The notes: generated by a model not told the origin, from the sequence alone. A stretch of DNA of 64,000 bases from an uncultured Anaerolineae bacterium (GCA_964487375.1 CAZAQA010000008.1:61402-125401); one strand, 5' to 3'; positions 29,543-39,496 are shown, numbered from the stretch's first letter. Numbers and translations: made by a program.

Positions 29543-30031
29543 TCACCAGCCGAACAATTTCAGCCGGATCCGTGTCCAGAGGGAAGATTCCTTTCCAGGA
29601 CGCTGCAAGGAGAAGGACCATCCTTCCTCTCCTGGACCCTCCCGAATGTAAGCACGGATTCGGGCAACCTCCTCCGCATGTCCTCTGATGAGATCCAACC
29701 GCGGACGGGGAAACCAGTACGGGCAGCCGACGCACCAGGAGAGATCTCGGGGCAGGCGTTCCGGGGGAGCCAGCCGGTAAAAGTAGCGACAGGCAAAGTA
29801 AGCTGGCGGGTGAGGCGGATCGTCGATGAAACGAATGGGGCGCAGATACAAGCAGGCGCGCGGGTGACGAAGAGCCTCTGGGATGGGGCAGGCCCCACAC
29901 ACGCGCTCCAGGGCGGATGTCTCCTCCCCAACCCGGGCCAGAAAGGTGTCCCCGGCCACTGTACACACGAACTCTTCTCCCTGACCGTCTTTTGCTGGTC
30001 GACGCTGGCGGAACTCACATTCCGGTATCAT
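29543..30031 (-). CDS. Small Cys-rich hypothetical protein (third gene of an uncharacterised operon)
   Basis: 162 aa from ATG 30031 (MIPECEFRQ...), which overlaps the stop of the upstream gene (ATGA); 8 Cys including CGAC and CVGC pairs. An alternative frame (29560-30018) is also open, so the call is tentative. Confidence 0.4.
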   Translation of the reverse strand: MIPECEFRQRRPAKDGQGEEFVCTVAGDTFLARVGEETSALERVCGACPIPEALRHPRACLYLRPIRFIDDPPHPPAYFACRYFYRLAPPERLPRDLSWCVGCPYWFPRPRLDLIRGHAEEVARIRAYIREGPGEEGWSFSLQRPGKESSLWTRIRLKLFGW

Positions 30032-30822
30032 GGCTCCTCTCGCCTTTCTCCCGCGTAGAACGCCACCGCACGCACCCAGGAACGGGCTTCCTCCGACAAG
30101 TGAGGTTCCTCTCGGTGTTGCCATCCATGCTTACGGATGTACTGACTCAGGTGATCTCGCTGATCCAGAATTCGTCGACGCGCGTCCTGGGCCAGGAGCA
30201 AGGCCACGTTCGCATCCCGCTCCTCGGCCAGGAGAAGCGCACGGCGTAAATGAGGCAGACAGAGGCCATCAGAACTCTCGTACAAGGAGCGGAAAGAGGC
30301 CTCGGGATATCGTTTGATCAGCCAGATGAGGTGCGTGGTCTCCTGCTCCTGCCCGATCGCACAGGCCCGGCAGACGCCACGCGGGGCCAATCCGAACGGG
30401 AGATCCCCGGCTCGGCTGCCGGCGAAGAGTCGGAGCCAGACGTTGCGCAGGCGCCACCACCAACGAGGGGCTTGCCGCGCCTTGTGGCGCTGCATCTCGA
30501 TATAGGCGTCGATCCCGTCCAGGGTGTGCCGGAGCAAGTCCTCGTACAGGATGCCCACGCCTAAACCGTCTTCCCAGATTTGGGCCTCCAACCGCTGCAC
30601 GTACCAGGCGTGGGTGGGGCAAAACCCCAGCGCGGGGACGATGTGTCGCCGCGTGGCTCCGTCGTTGACATGTTCTCGCAACAACGAGAGCAAATAGCGG
30701 TGTTCGGCCTGATAGCGTAACCGACAGAGGGGACAACCCGGTTCCCGGAAAGCTACCTTCAGATCCAATGTGATGAGATCGCCATGTCCTGGCATCATCT
30801 GCTTCCTAAACGGCCTGGGCAA
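30028..30822 (-). CDS. Hypothetical protein with CxxC...CxxH...CxxC...CxxH motifs (putative Zn/redox site)
   Basis: 264 aa; GCPLCR, GFCPTHAW, GVCRACAIG, GLCLPHL; 17-nt overlap with the upstream gene and ATGA overlap with the downstream gene. Confidence 0.5.
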   Translation of the reverse strand: MPRPFRKQMMPGHGDLITLDLKVAFREPGCPLCRLRYQAEHRYLLSLLREHVNDGATRRHIVPALGFCPTHAWYVQRLEAQIWEDGLGVGILYEDLLRHTLDGIDAYIEMQRHKARQAPRWWWRLRNVWLRLFAGSRAGDLPFGLAPRGVCRACAIGQEQETTHLIWLIKRYPEASFRSLYESSDGLCLPHLRRALLLAEERDANVALLLAQDARRRILDQRDHLSQYIRKHGWQHREEPHLSEEARSWVRAVAFYAGERREEP

Positions 30823-32263
30823 TCATGCATCGCCGCGTTCGCTCGGCCAGGCTATAAAAGGCACGAATGGCCCCATGGGGAAAGCTGAAGCGCACGCCCT
30901 TCCCGCGCGTGTGGGGAAGGCGTACTTCGAGATAGGCGTTGAGGATGGAGTCCTGGAACACCAGGGTTCCCACATCTTTCAAAGCCCATTTTCTCGGCGA
31001 GGAGACGGACGCGGCCTGAGGATCCGGGATCTGCCACAGGGTCGACGGGGTGACGAGGAGCAGATGGGCCACAGCGGAGGGATGGGCCCAGGCCGGGAGC
31101 AAGGCCCACGTCTGCACCGGCTCGGAGAGATGGTCCTCAAGCCACTGCGAAAACCGGTCCTGCAGCGCAGTCACCTGCGCCGGATCGTTCGTGGCCGGGT
31201 CGACCAAAGGGGGCAAGGGGTCGAGGGGAGGCGGCACGTGGGCGCGGCGCAGGATGTAGCCGTTGCCGGCCCCGGGGAGGAACGATCTTAAGTGGACAAG
31301 AAGCTCCTCCAGGGCGGCATGTTGGGCTGCAGGGAACTCCCACACCACTTCCTCATCCCCCCGGGCCGTCCGCCAACGAGTGCGCAGGAGGAGCACATCG
31401 CCACTCAGCTCGTCCACACGGACATCGTTCAATCGCTCCAGGACCCCCATGTGAGACGTAAAACCGTAACGCACCCCGGCGCTGTCGGGTGGGACGAGTT
31501 CGGTCAGGTGCAGCAAACGCTGGTCCGTAAGAATGAGCACGCCTTCGTAAATGATCGGCCGTCGCCAGAAGGTCCCTTGCAGATGGCTGCGCAAGCGGGG
31601 ACGCCAAAGTGCGATGAGGATGCGCTCGTCCGGGGCTAAATGAGAGGCCACGTACCCTTGGAAACGCCGCGGAAGCCGGAAGAAGGTGTATTCGGCCTCC
31701 GTGTAATGTTCCACCCGGGCAAAGGCCAGTCGGCCCCGGTAGGGTGCGGGAGGACGCCAGAGGGGAGACGCTTCGTCTGTTGCCCGGGCATTCAGGGCCA
31801 GGCGATAGGCGCGCTGCGCCTCTTGAATCTGCGGCCACACCTGATCTCGCTCCAGCCAGGCATGCACATCCACGGCCGCGAAGACCTGCAACCCGGCCAT
31901 CACCTGCTGCCGCTGTTCCGCATCCAGGTCGGGGATGTCGGACAAGGAGGCACAGGTGGGATCGGCATCGGCAACCGCCACAAGTACCGGAGGCCGACCT
32001 TCCATGCCGTTGTGGATCCCGCCGATGATGCGGGCGAACAGCCGAGTTCCCGGCGGATGAGAAGCGGTGCCCAGGAGGAGAACGGGCAAAGGGGTATTCT
32101 CGACCGTCAGGGTGCGCAGTACAATGGCGTGGTCGACCGAAACCCGCCGATCGGGCATATGAATTTCTTGCAGGTGAAGACGTTCGTCCTCGGGATCAGG
32201 ACGGTACACTCCAACCGGTCGTCCCGGGCGCACGATCTCTATCTGCACGATACCCCGACTCAT
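30806..32263 (-). CDS. Hypothetical protein with a degenerate family-I inorganic-pyrophosphatase-like N-terminal domain
   Basis: 485 aa from ATG 32263. Residues ~5-130 (IVQIEIV...ENTPLPVLLLGTASHPPGTRLFARIIGGIHNGMEGRPPVLVAVADADP) parallel the PPase core (VVIEIP...DGDPLDVLV...[29 protein letters not shown]), but most metal-binding Asp residues are replaced. The remainder is unassigned. Confidence 0.5.
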   Translation of the reverse strand: MSRGIVQIEIVRPGRPVGVYRPDPEDERLHLQEIHMPDRRVSVDHAIVLRTLTVENTPLPVLLLGTASHPPGTRLFARIIGGIHNGMEGRPPVLVAVADADPTCASLSDIPDLDAEQRQQVMAGLQVFAAVDVHAWLERDQVWPQIQEAQRAYRLALNARATDEASPLWRPPAPYRGRLAFARVEHYTEAEYTFFRLPRRFQGYVASHLAPDERILIALWRPRLRSHLQGTFWRRPIIYEGVLILTDQRLLHLTELVPPDSAGVRYGFTSHMGVLERLNDVRVDELSGDVLLLRTRWRTARGDEEVVWEFPAAQHAALEELLVHLRSFLPGAGNGYILRRAHVPPPLDPLPPLVDPATNDPAQVTALQDRFSQWLEDHLSEPVQTWALLPAWAHPSAVAHLLLVTPSTLWQIPDPQAASVSSPRKWALKDVGTLVFQDSILNAYLEVRLPHTRGKGVRFSFPHGAIRAFYSLAERTRRCMIAQAV

Positions 32264-32863
32264 GGAATCTTCCTCGCGAACGTTTCTGCCTTGAAGCGCG
32301 TGTCTGCCCCCAAATCCGGCAAACAAAAAGCCTCTACCGAGCCAGGTCGGTAGAGGCCATCAGTCCCCACGGACACTTCCGGCGAGCCTCATCGCCATCG
32401 CAGGGAGTATACCATCAATTTGCCCCACCGCGCAACCCCATCAAGCGCGCAGGCAACCAGCCCCACGTCGCCAGTAACAGGTCCTGTCCTGGCATGAGGG
32501 CCGCCTTGCGGTGGCTCTGGCAGAATCATGCCTCCCCCGGGAAGTGCCTGAGCGTGACCATCGAACGAGAATTCCCGGAACGCGACGAGGCCGCCTCCGT
32601 GTTCCCGGAAACGGCCTCGTGCTCCCCACGCACCCACTGCCTGTAGCTCTATTATATACTCGATCCTGTTGCTTTTTTCTGTAAGCTTCCTTACATTACA
32701 GACTTACTGAATCGGGTTTTGGTCCGAAACGTCGCCAGCAGATCCCGGGGCCCGCTCCGAAGATCGAACCTGTGGATCATGATGCGGGGGTTCGCCCAAA
32801 CGGCCGGAGCAAGGTATACTTGAGCAAGAATCACCATCCGAAATGTCACCGGAGGAGAGCGCC

Positions 32864-35767
32864 ATGTCCGAGGAACTCATTCGTCAGGTGGCTGATGAAC
32901 TGACTCGCCGCACCACCGCGGAAGTCCGTTTCGACGATCTCACCCGTGTCCTTTACAGCACGGATGCCAGCATCTATCAGATAGAGCCTCTTGGAGTTGT
33001 CATTCCTCGCACGGAAGAGGATTTGATTGCAGCCGTGGAGATCGCGACGCAACAACGCATTCCTATTCTGCCCCGAGGCGGAGGCAGCAGCCTGGCCGGT
33101 CAAGCTGTTGGCGAAGCCCTGATCATTGATCTGAGCAAATATCTTAACCGCGTCCTCGACATCGACCCGGAGCGACGTCAGGTGACCGTACAGCCAGGTC
33201 TCACCCTCAACTTTCTCAATCGGGCTGTGGCCCCCTACGGGCTCATGTACGGTCCCGACCCCGCATCCGGGGAGCGAGCCACCCTGGGCGGCATTGTGGG
33301 CAATAACAGCACCGGCGCTCATTCCATCCTCTACGGCATGACTGTCAACCACGTTGTCGCCCTCGATGTCGTCCTCTCCGACGGCAGCCTGGCCCGGTTC
33401 GATTCGGTCGATGGGAAGGCGCTCAACACCCGCGCCCGAGGAAACAGCCTGGAGGCCCGTCTGTACCGCGAGGTTCCGGCGTTGCTCGACGACGCAGCCG
33501 AAGCCATCCGAGAGCGATTTCCTAAACACTGGCGTCGGGCCAGTGGCTATAACCTGGACTTCCTGCTCAAAGGATTAGAAGAAGGCCATTTCAACCTGGC
33601 TCAGGCTATTGTCGGCTCGGAAGGAACCCTGGCCGTGGTCCGGTCCATCACTTTGGGACTGGTAGACCGTCCTCGGCACAAGGGGTTATGTGTGGTCCAC
33701 TGCGACGATCTGATTCAGGCTATGCACGTCAACCTGGCCGCTCTGGAGTGCTGCCAACCTTCCGCGGTGGAGCTGCTCGACCGGAAAGTCATCGAGCTGG
33801 CACGGACTGTTCCTGAATATGCCCGGCAGCTCTCTTTTGTCCGAGGGAACCCCGAAGCGCTGATCATCGTGGAGTTCTATGGAGAAAGCGAAGAAGAAGT
33901 CAGGAGCCGAATCGATCAATTAGAAGCTCACCTGCGCCGGCGCAAATTGGCCGATACCTTCGTGCGCGCCCTGAGCCCCGAACAGCAAGCTCAGGTGTGG
34001 AATGTGCGCAAGGTCGGGTTAGGGCTACTCATGAGCACCCGAGGGGATTATAAGCCCATCGCATTCATCGAGGATGCGTCGGTGCCGCCGCAAGCGTTGC
34101 CCGATTATGTCACGGACATTCTCGACCTGATGCAGCGGACGAACACCCGGGTGGCCATGTACGCCCATGCCAGTGCGGGCTGCCTTCACATCCGCCCCTT
34201 GATCAACCTGAAAGACGTCCGCGACGTGGACAAGATGGCCGCCATCTCCCGCACCGTCGCCGATCTGATGGCGAAGTACGGGGGGGCCATGAGCGGCGAA
34301 CACGGCGACGGCTTGGCCCGCTCTCAGTTCATCGAACGCATTTTCGGTCCCGAGCTCTACCAGGCCTTCCGTCGTCTCAAAGGGACGTTTGACCCCCAGA
34401 ACCTCATGAACCCGGGCAAGATCGTAGACGCCCCGGCCATGACGGAACATTTGCGCTACGGGGCCGATTACTTCGTACGTCTGATCCCGACCACGTATGC
34501 CTGGGACGATTTTCAGGGATTCGATCGGGCGGTGGAACAGTGCAACGGCGCCGGCGTCTGCCGCAAACTCGACGCCGGGACCATGTGTCCAACGTTCATG
34601 GCCACCCGGGATGAAAAGGAGAGCACGCGCGGTCGAGCCAACACCCTACGAGCCTGGATGAGCGGCAAGCCTCTCAGTCCTTCGGACGAAGAAGTGTACG
34701 GCGTGCTGGACCTTTGCCTGGGATGCAAGGGGTGCAAATCTGAATGTCCCTCCGCCGTGGACATGAATAAGATCAAGACGGAGTGGATGGCCTGGTACTA
34801 CGATACTCACGGTCTGCCCCTGCGTAACTGGATCTTTGGCCACATCCACCAACTAAACGCCCTTGCTGCTCCGGTTGCGCCCCTGGCCAACCGCATTTTG
34901 AACGCCCGGGCCTTCAAGTGGGCAGCAGCTCGAGTGCTGAAAATCCACCCCCGGCGCACTCTGCCTGATCTGGCCGACGAAACGTTCCCGGCCTGGTGGC
35001 ATCGGCGACCGAAGAGAGTTCGCCAGGCCTCTCGAGGGCAGGTGGTTCTCTTCCCTGACACGTTCGTCACCTACAACGATCCGCACATTGGCCGGGCTGC
35101 CGTTCGCCTGCTGGAAACGGCCGGGTATGAGGTCATTGTGGCGGAAAAGCGAGTGTGTTGCGGGCGTCCCCTCCTTTCCAAAGGACTGCTGAAGGAAGCC
35201 CAGAAGAACGCCGCCTACAACGTGAATCTCCTGCTCCCCTATGCTCGCCAGGGTCTTCCCATCATCGGCCTGGAACCTTCCTGCATCCTGACCATGAGAG
35301 ACGAGTATCCTGATTTGGTAGCGGGCCAAGACGCCAAGACGGTGGCAGGACAATGCCTCACCATTGACGAATTCCTGGCCGACCTGCTCCGTCGGGAACC
35401 GGATGCCTTACACTTCGACGCACCCGAGCGTCCGGTCTACGTCCATGGCCACTGCCATCAGAAAGCCCTGGTCGGAACGGGGCCGACTCTGGAGGTGCTG
35501 AGAGCGGCCGGGTTCCGTGTGGAAGAAATTCCCTCGGGATGTTGTGGCATGGCCGGGAGCTTCGGCTATGAGCTGGAGCATTTCGACCTCAGCGTGGCCA
35601 TCGCGGAGGACCGACTGCTACCCACGCTACGCCAGGCCCCAGACGACGCCATCATCGTCGCTGATGGCACCTCTTGCCGCCATCAGATTGCCGACCTGAG
35701 CGAACGGACGGGTGTGCATCTGGTGGAGGTGCTGGCCGACGCGCTCCGGTCTCCTGCAGCTTCCTGA
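32864..35767 (+). CDS. FAD-binding oxidase fused to 4Fe-4S and CCG (GlcF-like) domains (YdiJ-like 2-hydroxyacid dehydrogenase)
   Basis: GlcD-like FAD-binding N-terminus (ILPRGGGSSLAGQAV), CxxCxxC motifs (CLGCKGCKSECP), C-terminal CCG repeats; start at ATG 32864 with a GGAGGAG RBS. Confidence 0.8.
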   Translation: MSEELIRQVADELTRRTTAEVRFDDLTRVLYSTDASIYQIEPLGVVIPRTEEDLIAAVEIATQQRIPILPRGGGSSLAGQAVGEALIIDLSKYLNRVLDIDPERRQVTVQPGLTLNFLNRAVAPYGLMYGPDPASGERATLGGIVGNNSTGAHSILYGMTVNHVVALDVVLSDGSLARFDSVDGKALNTRARGNSLEARLYREVPALLDDAAEAIRERFPKHWRRASGYNLDFLLKGLEEGHFNLAQAIVGSEGTLAVVRSITLGLVDRPRHKGLCVVHCDDLIQAMHVNLAALECCQPSAVELLDRKVIELARTVPEYARQLSFVRGNPEALIIVEFYGESEEEVRSRIDQLEAHLRRRKLADTFVRALSPEQQAQVWNVRKVGLGLLMSTRGDYKPIAFIEDASVPPQALPDYVTDILDLMQRTNTRVAMYAHASAGCLHIRPLINLKDVRDVDKMAAISRTVADLMAKYGGAMSGEHGDGLARSQFIERIFGPELYQAFRRLKGTFDPQNLMNPGKIVDAPAMTEHLRYGADYFVRLIPTTYAWDDFQGFDRAVEQCNGAGVCRKLDAGTMCPTFMATRDEKESTRGRANTLRAWMSGKPLSPSDEEVYGVLDLCLGCKGCKSECPSAVDMNKIKTEWMAWYYDTHGLPLRNWIFGHIHQLNALAAPVAPLANRILNARAFKWAAARVLKIHPRRTLPDLADETFPAWWHRRPKRVRQASRGQVVLFPDTFVTYNDPHIGRAAVRLLETAGYEVIVAEKRVCCGRPLLSKGLLKEAQKNAAYNVNLLLPYARQGLPIIGLEPSCILTMRDEYPDLVAGQDAKTVAGQCLTIDEFLADLLRREPDALHFDAPERPVYVHGHCHQKALVGTGPTLEVLRAAGFRVEEIPSGCCGMAGSFGYELEHFDLSVAIAEDRLLPTLRQAPDDAIIVADGTSCRHQIADLSERTGVHLVEVLADALRSPAAS

Positions 35768-35800
35768 CGTCAGCGGAGGCCTCAGAGTATGATGTCCGCT

Positions 35801-37060
35801 TCAGCCTAGCAAATCCCGGAGTCGATGTCCCAGTTGGGCGCTGCGAGCCCGTCTGGCCTTGCAGGTGAAGCAGAGGGGAGGGTCGCCCGGCGTTGTAGGC
35901 TGACCGCAATCCTCACAAGGGACCAACTCGCCCTCGTGAAGAAGGGCTTCCTCCCGAGTGGCCAGCCACTCCGTGTACGTCATATTGACGTAAGAAAGGG
36001 CCTCCTCCGGGCAGGCCAGGATGCAGACGCCACAGTCCACACAGTCCGGTGGTACGAAAGTAAGGGTGAAATGCCCTGGGTGCTCCTCTGAGGGAAACTG
36101 GGTATAGAAGCGAATGGCCGCGGTGGGACAAAATCGGGCGCACAGACCGCAGGCCGTACACGCCTCACCGATCTGAACGACGGTCCAGGGCAACCCCTCC
36201 AGGTCAATGGTCTCCTGCTGGGGGGAGCCCAAGCGTTGCAACGCGGCCGTCAGATGACGCCGTTGGGGCGGCAGGTGATAGGACAGGCGCTCCCGTGGTG
36301 ACAAGGCGCGAGGCTCAGGCGCAGGAGGATTCCACTTTTCAGCGGCAACGGCCGCAGCCACACGGGTCACGTTCCCCCGGAATACATCGAACAGTTGGCG
36401 TCGGGAAAGGGCCGAGACATGCCCCTTGTAGACCGGGACCGCGTGGTTCTCCCCCAAATCGTCCGGGGCAAGCGTGTGGGTGCGCACACGGGCCGGATGC
36501 CCCCACGCTTCCAAGAGGCGGTTGGCTTGCTGCGCGATCTCCAGGATATCGTCGTGTACAGCCGCGAGGGGACAGGTGGCGCAGGCCCGATCGTCCAGCC
36601 ACAAGTCCTCCGGCTGACGACGGACCATGTCGATGAGATCGCCCAGGGAAAGGGCGGCCAGGCAACGTCCGGTCTGCAAGCGGGCAGCTACCGGCGCGTC
36701 CGTCTCCCCTTGCTCCTGAACCGGGCAAAGCAGTTCGAGTGCGGAAGGAGCCAAAGCCCGGACATTCTCGTGCAGACGCCGCTGCCACACGGGCCGGGCA
36801 GGATGTTGGAAAGCGCCGGTCGGGCAGGCGTGTAGGCAAAGGCCACAGCGAGCGCATGCCTCCTCATCCAATGTGACCTTCGGCGGAGCCAACGCTTTCG
36901 TCTCTCCCAGGAAAACGGTGATAGCCCCAACCGGACACACATCCTGGCAAATGGTACACGCCCGCTGGCGAAAGCGGGTGTTCAAGCAGAGAGACTGCCG
37001 GACTTGCGGGGCGTCTCCGGTATCCAGCCCCAACTTCTGCGCAAGCTCCAGTAAATCCAT
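35801..37060 (-). CDS. 4Fe-4S dicluster (ferredoxin-type) domain protein
   Basis: Four CxxCxxCxxxCP motifs (CTICQDVCP, CARCGLCLHACP, CTACGLCARFCP, CVDCGVCILACP). Confidence 0.7.
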   Translation of the reverse strand: MDLLELAQKLGLDTGDAPQVRQSLCLNTRFRQRACTICQDVCPVGAITVFLGETKALAPPKVTLDEEACARCGLCLHACPTGAFQHPARPVWQRRLHENVRALAPSALELLCPVQEQGETDAPVAARLQTGRCLAALSLGDLIDMVRRQPEDLWLDDRACATCPLAAVHDDILEIAQQANRLLEAWGHPARVRTHTLAPDDLGENHAVPVYKGHVSALSRRQLFDVFRGNVTRVAAAVAAEKWNPPAPEPRALSPRERLSYHLPPQRRHLTAALQRLGSPQQETIDLEGLPWTVVQIGEACTACGLCARFCPTAAIRFYTQFPSEEHPGHFTLTFVPPDCVDCGVCILACPEEALSYVNMTYTEWLATREEALLHEGELVPCEDCGQPTTPGDPPLCFTCKARRARSAQLGHRLRDLLG

Positions 37061-37077
37061 ACCTTTTCCCCCGGGAT

Positions 37078-37980
37078 TCAGACAGTGCCACGATGCCGAA
37101 TCAACCGACGAATAGCGTATATCACAAGCGCTATCGGCAGCAAAATCAATCCCAGGAGTGGCAGGACAACGACCAGCAAGTAAATAGCCAGGTCGGCGAG
37201 GAGCTGGAACCCTCGCAGGAGCGTTCCCCAGGCCTGTCGCAAGGTGAAGCGGGGGTCCCAGTGGGTGTTCAGGGGCCGACTGAGTTCATAAGGGCTCAGG
37301 GTAATGGTGATTGTCGCCAGGGTGGTCAATTTGTCCAGCATCTGTAGCCGTCCCTGGATTTGCTCGATGTCCCCTCGTACTCGTGTCAGCTCTTGGTAGA
37401 CCTCCATGATATCCGACGCGCGCTGGCTGCGTTTACGCACTTCGCTGAGAAGGGTGCGCAATTCCTGTTCGGTCGCTTCCAGGTTCTTGAGCCTGGCCTG
37501 GAGGTCCACGTACTCCTGTGTGACATCGTTGGTCCGCAGTGATTCCCGGTCCACCCGAACGGCCAGACGGCGAAAGCGCTGCATGGCTTCGTCGAAACGT
37601 TTCTGGGGGACGCGAACTGTAATGGAGCCGGCCAGTTGCCCGTCTGAGCGATAGAGGGTGGATCGGGACACGTACCCTCCCATCTCTTCCGCAATTTGAG
37701 CGATCTGGTCCGCGACTTGCCGGGCGTCGACGACGACCAGGGTCAGGTTGGCGTCGTAGACGATACGTCGCGTCGTCTCGGGCTGGGAAGGCGCAAGACG
37801 TTCATTGTTCTGAACAGCACCAGTCGAGGGAGGCGTGGATCTCTCGGTCGGCGCAGGGACGGGAGGAGCGACTTTGAGCGTTCCTCCATGTCGCAAAGGC
37901 GCAGGTGCCGCGCAGGCGACGAGGAGAAGAAGCAACAACAAGCTCGATAGCAGGAAAGGGATGGATTTTGAAGGGTTCAT
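37078..37980 (-). CDS. DUF4349-domain lipoprotein
   Basis: Lipobox LLLVACAAP, coiled-coil rich middle and C-terminal TM helix; layout recalled as DUF4349. Confidence 0.65.
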   Translation of the reverse strand: MNPSKSIPFLLSSLLLLLLLVACAAPAPLRHGGTLKVAPPVPAPTERSTPPSTGAVQNNERLAPSQPETTRRIVYDANLTLVVVDARQVADQIAQIAEEMGGYVSRSTLYRSDGQLAGSITVRVPQKRFDEAMQRFRRLAVRVDRESLRTNDVTQEYVDLQARLKNLEATEQELRTLLSEVRKRSQRASDIMEVYQELTRVRGDIEQIQGRLQMLDKLTTLATITITLSPYELSRPLNTHWDPRFTLRQAWGTLLRGFQLLADLAIYLLVVVLPLLGLILLPIALVIYAIRRLIRHRGTV

Positions 37981-38240
37981 GAGCTACAGGTTCCCCTTTC
38001 TATGCCGTTTCTGTCCGGCGTCGGACGGAATCATGCGACCATGGCCCCCTCCCGGGAGGGCCAATGCCATGCTCTCGCGGGACGACACGATTTGCATCGG
38101 ACTCTGATCCCCGCGTCGTGGCCCGACGGCACTGAGCCTCGTATCCAAAGGATTCCTCTTCTGGTGGACGTCCTGACGCCCATCGGGGTTCCCCTTTTCG
38201 GAGATCCGGCGGAGGGATAGATCGTCACCCATGGACTTCT

Positions 38241-38990
38241 TCACCACCCGTAAGAGAGGCGGACGATGAGTCGGAGCGGCAGACCGGCCTGTCGCATGAG
38301 GTACTGCGTTCGCTCGATATCGTAGGGAATCCGGTAGTACGCCCAACGCCGTTCTTCCACATCCAGCAGGGCAAAGGCTGCGCGCGGATCCCGGTCGCGC
38401 GGCTGGCCAACGCTCCCCGGATTCACCAGCCAGCGGTCTGGATCGCGCAGGGTATACACTTCCTCCGGTTCCGGAACGTGCCAGGCGGTCATCCAACGAC
38501 CGCTTTCGTCCGCGAAATGATGGTACAAGGCGGGGATATGGGTGTGGCCTGTCAGGCAGACCGGCGTCTGGAAGTACTCGAACTGGGCGTGGGCCATGGT
38601 CGGGGTCAGGATATACTCCCAGACAGGGTCACGCGGGCTCCCATGGACGATGGTGTAATCTCCTTCGATCTGCTGTTCGGACAGGGAAGCGAGATAGGCC
38701 CGGGCATCGGGGGTCAATTGTGTCTGTGTCCATTCGACGGCACGACGGGCATCGGGGTTGAAGTCATTGACACGCACGCGACCAAGAGCGGCGGCGTCGT
38801 GATTTCCAAGGACGGCCAGGGCGTTGAGTTCACGCATTCGGGCAACACACTCATTGGGGTTCGGGCCATAGCCGACGATGTCGCCCAAGCACCAAAGACG
38901 GTCAAACCCTCCTTCCTGGCGAGCTGCTTCGAGGACTGTGTCCAGGGCTTCCAGGTTGGCGTGGATATCCGAGAGAACCAGAACACGCAT
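38241..38990 (-). CDS. Metallophosphoesterase (calcineurin-like phosphoesterase)
   Basis: VLSDIHAN, GDIVGYGP, GNHD motifs. Confidence 0.8.
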   Translation of the reverse strand: MRVLVLSDIHANLEALDTVLEAARQEGGFDRLWCLGDIVGYGPNPNECVARMRELNALAVLGNHDAAALGRVRVNDFNPDARRAVEWTQTQLTPDARAYLASLSEQQIEGDYTIVHGSPRDPVWEYILTPTMAHAQFEYFQTPVCLTGHTHIPALYHHFADESGRWMTAWHVPEPEEVYTLRDPDRWLVNPGSVGQPRDRDPRAAFALLDVEERRWAYYRIPYDIERTQYLMRQAGLPLRLIVRLSYGW

Positions 38991-39496
38991 TACTCCAGAT
39001 CTTCCTCCTCGGGCAAGATGTCCCAGGTGTCCAGCAGCCAGGCATCGGCAGCGATAAGGAGGGTCTCCGTTCCGGGGGCAGATTCAAAGATGAAGATGGG
39101 AACGCCCGTGTCCTCCTCTTCAGCGATCTCAACCAGTTGCATTCCACGATGGACTCGTTCGCTCAACAAGGACCGGATTTGCCGGAGTCCTTGCACATAA
39201 GGCTCCTGTTCGCTGGGGTAAATCATGGCGCTGTACAGCTCCAAGAGGTCACTGTCCTCGAAGTAGAGGTCCAGGTCGATGACGCTCTCGGAAGATTCCA
39301 GTTCCTCATCAGCGAGCTCCTCATCAGAGAGCTCCTCGGCCACGGTCGCGGCCAATGGCTCGGTCCAGAGGGTCACGCTCAAGACGAGCTGGCCGATCAA
39401 CTCTTCCAGTTGCAGCAACTGTTCCTCATCCAAAAGGGTCTCCAGAGAGAGATCGACGTCATCCGGAGGACCGTTGCCGTTGCTAGAGGCCGTCAT
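38990..39496 (-). CDS. Acidic hypothetical protein coupled to the phosphoesterase
   Basis: 168 aa from ATG 39496 with an AAAGGAG RBS; highly acidic (many E/D, e.g. EELSDEELADEELESSESVIDLDLYFEDSDLLE); the stop overlaps the phosphoesterase start (TAATG). Confidence 0.5.
   Translation of the reverse strand: MTASSNGNGPPDDVDLSLETLLDEEQLLQLEELIGQLVLSVTLWTEPLAATVAEELSDEELADEELESSESVIDLDLYFEDSDLLELYSAMIYPSEQEPYVQGLRQIRSLLSERVHRGMQLVEIAEEEDTGVPIFIFESAPGTETLLIAADAWLLDTWDILPEEEDLE

Noticed and set aside
29560-30018. Alternative 152-aa frame overlapping the small Cys-rich ORF
   Set aside because: It lacks the ATGA coupling to the upstream gene that the 29543-30031 frame has, so it was kept only as a caveat.
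32740-32800. Possible tRNA-like sequence (ggttcgatc-type T-loop) in the divergent intergenic region
   Set aside because: No 7-bp acceptor stem, D-arm or anticodon arm could be built around it, so it was not called as a tRNA.
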